Shown here in pieces: positions 50,111 through 60,900 of a DNA stretch of 64,000 nt. A model generated the notes under the pieces. The model was not told where the DNA came from and did no database searches. It saw only the letters and a program-made list of their open reading frames with translations. Location: assembly GCA_905178155.1 (NCBI GenBank), contig CAJINV010000005.1:228254-292253 (forward strand), read 5' to 3'. The stretch is from Amoebophrya sp. A120 (Eukaryota; Protista; Dinoflagellata). Made by a program: the position numbers and the translations under genes. Every line of letters starts with the position of its first letter. Positions within the stretch are counted from its first letter, which is position 1.

Positions 50111-53100
50111 ATGGTGACCGTCGCGGAGCCGCTTTCGGACTTCAAGGACCTCGGTCCGGTGGTCTACCAGGAGTCGAAAATCTTGGACAACGAAATACAC
50201 CTCCTCTGCGTGCTATGGAGGTGTCAGAATCGAAATTGACAAAAGCCAAAAATTTGTGATGCGCAACATCGTTGTCAGTTGGAGCCTCAGTTTCCAAGTG
50301 GCGCATGACAAATTTCGGGAGCACCCAAATCCAGTCCGTCATGCTGTTTGGGCAAAGAAGACTGCTCCTGTCATGCTACTGTGGCAGCGCATTGCGTACC
50401 CCTAAACAGGCTTGCAATCGGTCTCATTTGCCTGCTCCCCAAGACAGGCCTCCAGTGCCCTACATTTTATGCATCACAAACTATTTCCACTTTGACGATT
50501 TCGATCCTGACACATCCATACGTGCACGACAGCAGGGAAAAGAAGTTTGTCAACTTCGAAGCGTACTCCTTCGAGACCGGGAAAGTGAGCAGAATACAAT
50601 GGGACTACGTCAACTTCGACTCACACTTTCGGTAGCATTTTGATGTGACTGTTGTTTTTCTTTTTGCGGGTACGAATTGGAGTTCTTCTTGAAGTAGAGC
50701 GATTCTTCTTTTGCTATTATGAACGTGATCAGTTTATTTACTGCATGTTTTTACACAAGTACAAACCTCAACAAAGGTTCAACGCCGAGCTGATGAACCC
50801 GAACAACCGAGAAGGCCGCTACCACTGGATCTGCGAGCGACTAAACTTCGTGTCCGATGGCAAAGGCGGAAGAAAACTGGAGCTGTGCGAGCCGACCGAC
50901 GACTTGCCGCAGGTGGCGGACAAGGCGAGAAATTTCAAAATTCCAACGGGCAGGATGAATTACGCAGACAGGCAGCGGCTACGGCTGGAAATGGAGAGAT
51001 TGCCGGTATAGTACAAGGATCGATTCTGTCATCTTCATGCATAAGGGTCGTTGCTCGTTCTGCATAAAGCGATCTATTTTATTCTCGACTGAAGTGGTGT
51101 CCCATTACAGGTTGTTTAGAACAAACCGTGTTTAAGTATGCACTACCCATCAACAAATTAACAGAAACGACGGAATGAGAACATCTTGCGCATGGCAGCC
51201 GAGTTTAAGGAAGCCTTCTGTGCCGAAATCGCGGAGATGCAGGAGATGGACAGAAGAAAGGCAGAATTGCGCGCACAAAGAATAGAGGAAGAACGAAGGG
51301 TGCGATACGCCGAAATTTGCGAGGTATAACTTTTTTTTTTCTTAATTTGGGGATAATCATAATGTCGTGTGTCATGCAATAAAAATTGCAGTTTCACAGC
51401 CGATGGATTATTGCGAAACAAGAAATACGAAAATAATCAGCAGGACGATGTTGTCTAGCAACACAAAATGATGATATCCATCTAGGTCCGAAGGCAGGAG
51501 AACGTGCTGAAGCAGGACTATGGAGACAAGGATCGAAAACGTGAAAGAATCATCAAGGATAAAGACGACACCAGGAATGCTGCATCGGTACTATTCATTT
51601 GGATTTTCCGTCTTTATTCACATAATTTGCCATGCGGAATATGAAACACAGTAGATGTTGCCCACAGTTGTCATGCAGGGCTTGCATGGCTTTGTCTCAA
51701 AACGAAAAAACTGGAAGATGAAAGAACTCAACCTCCCCCCTCATCAGCTCGCGGAAATTCGTGTAGTCCTGAAAGCGCACGATGAGCAGAGGCAAGAGAC
51801 TGCGCGGAAAATTGCGGCGCAGCGACAAGCAAAGAAGGACGAGAGGGCGGAGCAAGCCAGGCTTGCCGAGGAGCGCTTCGCGGCGGACCAGGCAGCGGAA
51901 GATAGAAGAGGCGAAAACTGGGAGAAGAGGGAGGAAAGGCTAGAGCACAAGGCGGTATTGCATTGTTGTGGTTCGATGAAAGCGGCGTCTTCATCACATG
52001 GATGATGTGGATAATTTTCTTTACACAGGGCTGCTTGCTTTCTTTGGTTGTGCACGGCAAATTGGAATTTGTTGTAAAATCCAAAAATTTTCAGATTCGG
52101 CTCCAAGCTGAGCGTGCGTCCTACCTAGACGGAATTTCCCGAACCGAGCAGGCACGGTCGGAGAGAAAAAAGGAGTTAGCGCACGACCAGCAGGTTATCC
52201 GGCAAAACCTCTGGGCAAAAGCCTCAGCGAAGGACGAGAAGAGAAAAGCGTACTTTTTTCATTTTGCTGCTTCTGCATCGAATCATAGTGTAATAGAAAA
52301 AGAGTTTTTTTTTTCTGGGTTTCAACCACCCACAATCTATCATCACCACAGGGACAACAAGGCTGCATTAGAAGCTCTTGCCACGCAGAAAGAAAATGCG
52401 AAAAACGCCGCCTCGCTCAGCATGGGGAAGAAGAAAAAGGTATATTTTTAGTGTACTTAATTTTCAATCCTGTCTACTTCTTAGTTTCTCACGTCCGCTG
52501 GCATGGCAGACTTGGTTTACGCTGTTTTTTCTACATGCCGAATTGATCGATTTTCCCTAATATTCGGCAGGAACGCAAGTCCGACGCACGGATGGACGCA
52601 GTCGAGGCTATCAAATGCAAATATGTCTGGGTCTGGAACATTGCCAGGTTTGTCATGCATATTTTGTATGATCCATGACGCCTGGGCCTGTAATGCATGA
52701 TCTAGCATAACAGATTTTTAGAGGGATTCTTAATGCCTATTCCGCATGAGAAATGCCCTCTCCACGTAACACAAACTGGATTCCCGTTGCTGGTCATGCA
52801 ATACAGATTTTTTTGGACTTCAAAGACAGCATTACAAGTTGCAACCTTCCAGACCCAGACGCTTTTGCAATGCATAGAGGCGGAGATGCGGCAACAGCTG
52901 GAGGCAGAAGGCAAGCAGAACGAGAACGCGCAGAAGCGCGACGCCAAGTTCAAGAGGATCGAGGAGAAAAAGAACGACCGCGAGGTGCAGAAGGTGATCA
53001 AGTGGAAGGAACGCAAGATAGACGAGGCTTACAACAAGCAGAGAGAGTATAATTCTTGTTGCCCATGATCATCTTCTCATGCAGAACAGAGCCTGACATT

Positions 53101-53623
53101 CAGAAAATCCTTCTTGTCAACATGCGAGCTGCGCAAGTACAAAGTATATGGAAAAAATTTTCTTCAGACGCGACGAGACCGCCGCTGCGGTGGCCGAGGC
53201 TTACAAGGAGCAAAAGGCCGAAGAAGACCGTGAACGCGACATCCTGGCGCGTAAGCAGCGGATGCGCGACATGGCGACGGAACGCAAGCTTGGGGATATC
53301 AAATGCAAAAATGTCTGGGTCTGGAAGATTCTGAGACTTGTTATGCAAGTTTTGCATGAGCCATGATGTCTGTGATGCATGCCCTAGCATCAGAGATTTT
53401 TTTAGGGCTTCCGGATGCCTATTTCGCATGACAAATGCCTTCTTCCCGTAGCAAAAAGACACTCCCTTTGCTGCTCATGCAGTACAGATGTTTTTGGAAT
53501 CCAAATGCAGCATCACAAGTTGCACCCTTCCAGACCCAGACACTTTTGCAATCCATAGGGGAGCGCATGAGGCGACTAGTACCCGGGTTCAAGGACTCGG
53601 GCTCGGCCTTCAAGCCGTTGTGA
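50111..53623 (+). CDS. Hypothetical protein: globular N-terminus plus long charged coiled coil
   Basis: MVTVAEPLSDFKDLGPVVYQ...; several phase-matched GT-AG introns and three introners give a continuous frame to ...SAFKPL* at 53623. Confidence 0.8.
50214..50520. mobile_element. Introner/MITE family B, 307 bp, TSD CGTGC
   Basis: TIR plus TSD; excision gives HLLCVHDSREK. Confidence 0.95.
52609..52876. mobile_element. Introner/MITE family A, 268 bp, TSD GAGGC
   Basis: TIR plus TSD; excision gives DAVEAEMRQQ. Confidence 0.95.
53297..53557. mobile_element. Introner/MITE family A, 261 bp, TSD GGGGA
   Basis: TIR plus TSD; excision gives RKLGERMRR. Confidence 0.95.
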
Positions 53624-54975
53624 GGCTGTGGTCAGGAACGTCGTATAAGGAAATGTCAGAATTGATAGCCTTCTGTCACCTTGAATGAAAATGCAAATTT
53701 TACAAAAAGATTCTATGAGTAATATGGATAAACATCAAGAAGAGTTCTAGCAAAGAGATTTTGTCACCTGATGACAAGAATCCGAGCTTCAGATCCTATA
53801 CCATTCAGACAGTCTTGCAAGACCTCGAAAAGCTCGCCCTGTGAAAACGACGACTGATTCCAAATGTACACAGAAAAACCATCTACCAAGTCGTCAGAAC
53901 CGAGTACAATGTACCGAGGTGCAGGACTTGCAAGATGAGTTCGTCGGGGTATCTACGTGGTAAGGAAACAGCACGTATCCGAACCATGACTGTAGCCTTT
54001 TGAGAATAAAGATTACACTAATTGTCACTAAATACGACCAGATTACAATTGCACAAACGAGTTACTATTTTCAACCTTTATGATAGCAGATTACAATGCT
54101 CACCTTTCATCTTTCCGAATGAATGCGAATAGACTTTGAATCGAATGCCAAGAAGAATTATACCTTGTCGTTGACAGAAAACAAAACTTTACGATATAAT
54201 TCACACTATAGCAAGCGCCGTTTTGAACATCAAAAGAGCTGCGTCACTATTGTTTGAAAAGCTTTCGGATCGTTCGCCAAGGTTGATGTGCGAACGGATC
54301 CGATATGGAAATGCAACCGCGGAAAGAAGAACAATGGTGCTTTTGCATGGACAGTTTGACCAACAGACTCTAACAAAACACTTGTATCTTACACGGAATT
54401 TTCGCAACAGAAATTTACAAAAACACGTAACACACTGCGACGCACATGATTTGTGTGCGTTGGTAGTTTGAAATAAAGTTCAATAGCACTACTTACATTT
54501 TTCTGGGGCGTCGACACTCCGAGCGCCGGCACTTAGAGGCACCAGTAGAGGTCAGGGATTTACAGGGTGATGGGTATTGAACTTACTTTTCGCTGAGCGG
54601 ATAAGCTGGACAGGGAAAGTTCTTGTTCACGTTGAGAGCAGAGTGAGTGCCTATGCTGTTTCCATGCAGTATGTGACGAGTGGAGACCACGCGCCAAACC
54701 TGTTCAACCCGTGTACTTTTCGGCTTTATTTCCTATTTCGACAGCGAGGCAAGCACACCACCATGTCATCTGCCGTTGCACGCGGCCCCTGCCCGGTTTC
54801 CACTTGCGCGGCACGACTTCTGGCCGGGGTCACGTGACTCATGAGTGACAAGGGCTGGCCACTGCTGCAACCGCAGTGCTCGTGCGTTGCTGGTCTAGAC
54901 GCGGCGTAGCGCGACCATCCGAAAACCGACAGCGAGGCGGCTGGACTGACTCGTCCACCACCTGGCACTGGCACC

Positions 54976-57900
54976 ATGGCGTCCGCCACTGCGAACACCC
55001 AGGGCCCTCGGCGGTCGAAGATGATCGGGAAGGAGATCACCCAATGGCTCCACGAGCAGGAGCAGGCAAGGAAAAGCCGGATCCGGTGGTCGCCGCCCAT
55101 CTTCGAGAAGCACAGCCGGATGTCGCGGAAGCATATCAAATGCAAAGATGTCTGGGTCTGGAAGATTCCGGGATTTGTGATGCATATTTTGTATGCTCGA
55201 TGATGCATGTAATGCATGATCTAGCATCACAGATTTTTAGAGGGCTTCCTGATGCCTATTCCGCATGAGAAATGCCCTCTCCGCGTAACACAAACCGGGC
55301 TCCTGTTGCTGGCCACGCAATACAGATTTTTTTGGAATCCAAAGACAGCATGATTCCAGACCCAGACATTTTTGCAATGCATAAAGCAGTACCTGGAAAA
55401 CATGAATCTTTCCATGGCGCCGCAGGAGATCGACATGTTGGCAGAGGAGTTGGAAATCGCCGAGGAGCTGCAGGAGTGGATGGTTTTCGACCTGGTCTTC
55501 GGCTTTCTCGTCATTTTTAACGCGTTGTTTATCGGTTTGGAGGACATATCAAATGCAAAAATGTCTGGGTCTGGAATGTTGCCGGGTTTGTCATGCATAT
55601 TTTGCATGACCCACAATGACTGTAATGCATGACCTAGCGTCACAGATTTTTAGAGAGCTTCCTGATGCCTATTCCGCATGACAAATGCCCTCCCCGCGTA
55701 GCACAGACTAGACTCCTCGCGCTGATCATGCAATACAGATTTTTTTAGAGGCCGAAGTTAGCATCACAAGTTCCAACTGTCCAGACCCAGACATTTTTGC
55801 AATCCATAGGACAGCTACAACTACGAGGAGGACGCGACCACGATCACGTCCTGGTACATCTTCGAGTGCTATCAACTGCAAAAATGTCTGGGTTTGGAAA
55901 GTTGTGATGTAAGGAAGGGAATAGTGAGCACAGGCATACTGTAGTGCGCAGCGCAGCATGACAAGTTTTTCCGTGGTTCAGAGTTGCGTACTCCGCATGA
56001 GAAACTGCGTTTTTGCATGACAGGCAAGAGGAGCTCTTTGCGGGCACGCAATACAGAGTTGAGAGTCATGCCTGACTAGCATGACAAATCTCGCAATTTC
56101 CCAGACCCAGAGCAGATATTTGCATATGCATAAGTGCCTCTTTTTCGTGCTGTTTTCCGTCGAGTGGGTGCTGCGGTTCATCGGGGCGAAGTCCTGGCAA
56201 AAGTTGGCGGAAGATAGCTGGTATGGATTGCAAAAATGTCTGGGTCTGGAAGATTGCAACTTGTGATGCTGTTTTTGGATTCCAAAAAAATCTGTATTGC
56301 ATGACCAGCAACAGGACTCCAGTTTGTGTTACGCGGAGAGGGCATTTCTCATGCGGAATAGGCATTAGGAAGCACAATAAAAATCAGTGATGCTAGATCA
56401 TGCATTAGAGGCATCAATCATCATACAAAATATGCATGACAAGTCCGCATTCTTCCAGACCCAGACATTTTTGCACTTGACAGCTGGATGATCATCGATA
56501 TTTTGCTGCTAGCGATAACGGGGTTTGACCTCTTCATCTTCAAGTTCGCACTGACCGAGGTGGATGGTATATTGGATTATTTGTTCTTCGTACTCAAATT
56601 TCATTTGTGCCTTGAGAAGATGTGGTGCGGAGAAATGCTTTCTGTGTTGTGATGATGTCTTCTGTCGTCTACAGCAGCAGACCCCATAAGTCTCCCATCG
56701 TACTACTCTGTTTTACCATCTTGTTCGTCAGGCGCCGGCAACCTGACGATTTTCCGCGCCTTCCGTATTTTCCGTCTTGCCCGGCTTGTCCGCGTTTTCA
56801 AGCTACTCAAGTCCGTCGCCCGGCTCGTCACGGGCCTGCAGATCTCGTTCCGGACGCTGTTCTGGGCGATTTTTCTCATTGCCGTCACGGTGTTCGTCTT
56901 CGCGGTGCTGATGGTAGAGCTAGTCGGGAAAAACGAGGAGGCGTACGATGCCGTGGTACGGAACAACTGGAAGGATTTGAGTTCCAGCGCCACCAGCTTT
57001 ATCCTGCTCGCCACGGCCTCCGGGTGGCAGCGCAGGGTGGACGCGTTAAAGGACGCGAACGCGCTCTTTTTGGTCCCCATTCTGCTCTTCATGCTCTTAG
57101 TCGTGGTCGGCATTTTTAACATGATCATCGGTTACGCAGGGTGGTTTGAGTGGGTCGTGTTTGGGGTGATGTTCGGGGAGGTTGTGATATGTCTATATGC
57201 AGCTGCTGACAACAGTAGTCGATTCTTCGTCATAACTGCAGTGGCTATTCAAGAAGTAGTGTAAAAAGCAGACCCCTGATCTCACCCCAAAACGACCCGC
57301 ATTCCCTTTGAATGTCGCGTGATGGTGTACACCGCCCTCGCGATCGAGGAGAGCGCCCGCAGGTCCGGCGAGGCGCAGCGGAATTTCGAGCACCGGCTGG
57401 GGCTGATTCGGTTGAAAAAAATTCTCTCGTCCGTCAACAACCGGCCCTTGCTCCGGAACCCGCATAGAATGGGCGTGGTCGAGTTTGCGGAACTGTACGA
57501 CGAGGGTGCTTTTCAGAAGCAAATCCAGTTTCTGAAACCTTTCCTTCCCCTAAACAAGCTCCGGGAATTGGTGCATTTGATCGCGGAGGTGAACCCAGTC
57601 ACCCAGGAATACGACTTTTCCATCGACAGCTTCATCCACGTGCTGTCCTGGCTCAGCGAGCGGGTGTTTCTGCCGCGCGACATGGTGTACCTGCGCGCCG
57701 CCAGCTCGCACGCGCTGGAGATGATGGGGCATTTGAAGGGGCAAACGAATCAGGCGGTGGCGAACTTCATGCACAAACTGGACGCCTGCTACAAGGAGGC
57801 GCAGGAGATCTACCCGGTGCTGCAGGTGCCCGACACGCTGTCCGTCGCCCCGAAGCGGCCGCCGGGGAAGAAGCAGAGCAGTGCATCGTCCTCGTTGGTC

Positions 57901-60900
57901 GCGTCCAAGGCGGAGACCGCGCAGGCGCTGTCCGTGGTTTTGGACGGGCTCGAGCCGTTCATTTCCCCCGCCAAGCGGGCATCGAGCGCCAAGAGGGGAC
58001 GGATGATCTCGAAACAGGAGATCGAGGAGGCGCGCACGAGGAAACGGCAGGCGAAACGGAGTCAGAAGGTGAAAGAATTTTTACCGCCGGTCCACGAACA
58101 GGATGATTTTTTAGGAGAGCAGGACTCTCATTCGCAACGACAAGGGACGAGAGAAGCTTCACAAGATAGAGGCAATAATTCCACCTTGGCGGGAGACGGT
58201 GCGAGTAGTCGGTGCACCCTGGATTTCCTCCCGGAAGACCGCGCGGCGTATATCGAAAGGAAAAATCCCCCCTCCCCATATCAAAACGGAATTTCTGATG
58301 CTGGATATGTGTACACAAATTGCTGAAGAGCATTGCAGGCCCATACTAAGCGTGAGTAGAGAGGTTTTGGCCTAGGCGCATAGCATGAAAAATATCCGAG
58401 CTGTAGGTCCAAAAGCATGACAAACCGCTTGCACAATGCGGCGGAGCCTGCGGAGTTGCCTTCTTGCAAGACAGACACGATTTGTGACCACAAATCAGCA
58501 TCACAGATTTCAAAAAGTATACCGCTTCAGTATGGCGAGGGGGGATTTTCCCCTACGATAGCGTACCCGGATCAGATCGCCTACCCGAAGTCCGGGCGGG
58601 AGACGCTGACGCTGTGGCACCCGTTCGTCAACGCTTTTGAACCCCAGTTCGCGCCCATGGAGTACGAACACCTCCGGCTCGGCGACAACATCCGAATTCT
58701 ACCCCATCTAGGCAACACGCCCCAAGCGGACCTGCATGGTTTGGCCCGGTGGGCGCAGTGCCCCTGGAACGACTTCCCCTTGACACTAGTGGACCAGTGC
58801 AACGAGTTCGTGGACCGGGAACGGCAGGGCGTGATGAAGAAGCAGGAAACGTACCACAAGTCAACCTTGGCGGAGATGCGGCGATTGGAAACCGTGCGGA
58901 AGCCGGGCGCGAGTTCTGCCGACGTGCAGATCGAACAGGGGTTTTTGCATTTCGGACAGCACCGGAAGCACATTCCGAAGGAGGTGTTGGACTCGTTGAA
59001 CAACACGGGTGGAGGTTTTTCCACCTCCTTCGCATCCTTCACCTCCTCGAAAACGCTCGACGCGTTGACCGCGTCGGACACGTGTCTGGGCAAGTTGAAG
59101 AACCTGTTTGTCCGGATTTGCTGCTGCGGAAGCAGCGAGGAGGAAAACGCGAGGCGGCGGGATATCTTGTGCAAAAGTATCGTACTCGTATTGCAGTCAT
59201 GCATAACCAATTTTATTTCTCATGCTGAGGAAATTTGTAATTCATTTATACGAGTGCGATACTTGTTTTGCAGTTCATACGGGAGCAGCAGCGGCAACGA
59301 CAGCAGGTGAGCCCGACCTCGAAAGCCAACCTGTTCGCGATGGTGAGCCCCCGCAGTCAGGGCAGCGGGACCCCGCGGAGTGGGGACCGGAGCGGAGAGG
59401 AGAGCAACGAAGGGGACCACGCAGCGGCGGGCGGGGCAGACGACCAGGCCCCCGTGGCTGACGCGGAGGACGAGGCGAGTCTGGTGTTTTTCCGGGAGGC
59501 CGTAAACAACGCTTTGTTTCCCGTGGACTGCTTTTGGTTCGCCGCCGCGCTGCTCCACGCGATTCTCATGGGCCTGTCGCTGTCCGAGCGCACGAACTTC
59601 AACACGACCGCCCACGTGGACAGCGGCACGTCGAGCAACGACGCCTTCCGCCTCATCGAGGGGGCTTTTTTGGTCATTTTCATCGGGGAAAATCTGCTGC
59701 GGTACTTGCTGTTCATCCAGTCGGAATATAACAACGACGTGATTTTTACGTTGAACATCCTCCCGCAACGGCAGTACCTCTGCGTGGGTTTATCCCTCTT
59801 CCCCTGCGAGTTCCCCTACTTTTTGCGTGCGGACCCCTACTGCGCGCTCGATCTCGCCCTCATCTCGGCCAGCGCGTTCGCGAACATTTCCCTGCTGCCG
59901 CTGCGCCTCCCCTTCGTGCAGTTTTTGCGGTTCGCGCGCCACGACTTTCCGAATTTCGACGAGGGGTTACTGCAATGAAAAATGCCCCCACCCCCCATTT
60001 GTATTGCAAACCTTTCCAAATGAAACATTCGCCCTCTTGCATCTATCAGCATCACAGGTTTCCAATTGTGAATAGCAAAAATTTGTATTGCAAAAGACCC
60101 CAGCAAGAGCGGCGCTTGTCATGCAAGCGATGCGATACTCGCCTAGACTCTGCATCAGAAAGATTCATATGCCTTTCATGCATGACAAAAAGTTTTCATT
60201 TGGAAACTGCGCATCACAAATATTTGCAATGTCAGGGGTGGGGGGCACTTTTCACTGTAATAGGGGTGGCTGTTGTTGCAGGGCATGCAGTCCGCGGTCC
60301 GGACCCTCTTCTGGGTGGGGTATCAAATGCAAAAATGTCTGGGTCTGGAAGATCCTGAGACTTGTCATGCACGTTTTGCATGAGCCATGATGTCTGTGAT
60401 GCATGCCCTAGCATCGCAGGGTTTTTGAGGGATTCTTGATGCCTATCCCGCATGACAAGTGCCCTCTCCGCGTAGCAAAAATTGGATTCCTTTTGCTGCT
60501 CACGCAACGCAAATTTCTTAGACATCCGAATGCAGCATCACAAGTTCCAACCTTCCAGACCCAGACGCTTTTACATTTGATATGGGGGTGGGGTCCGCGA
60601 TTCTGGTGTACTTGATCAGCATCTTCGGAATGCTCCTCCTCCGTGACCAGGACATCGTGAATGCCCAGGTGTATTTCGGAACCCTTGCTTCCTCGAGTTT
60701 GACGGTGATGCAGATTCTACGATGCGCGAAAGATGATTAAGCATCGTTGTTGCTTCGCATACGCGGAGTCGAGTCAAGATAGATTACATTTTCGCGGTTG
60801 CTGCAACAAAGCAAGTAGATGCGACTTTCACTTTTTCGAGGAGCACGCCAGGCAGAAGTCTTCCTGGCATTGTAGAAAGACTTTTATCGTTTCATAAGCG

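Noticed and set aside
4157-60582. Recurring short ORF peptides (SNAKMSGSG, FQTQTFLHLI, CKNVWVWK, LPDPDIF) as a protein family, or the ~30-bp repeats as a CRISPR array
   Set aside because: They are translations of the family A TIR. The repeats are dispersed inverted pairs with TSDs rather than a direct repeat-spacer array, and no cas genes are present.
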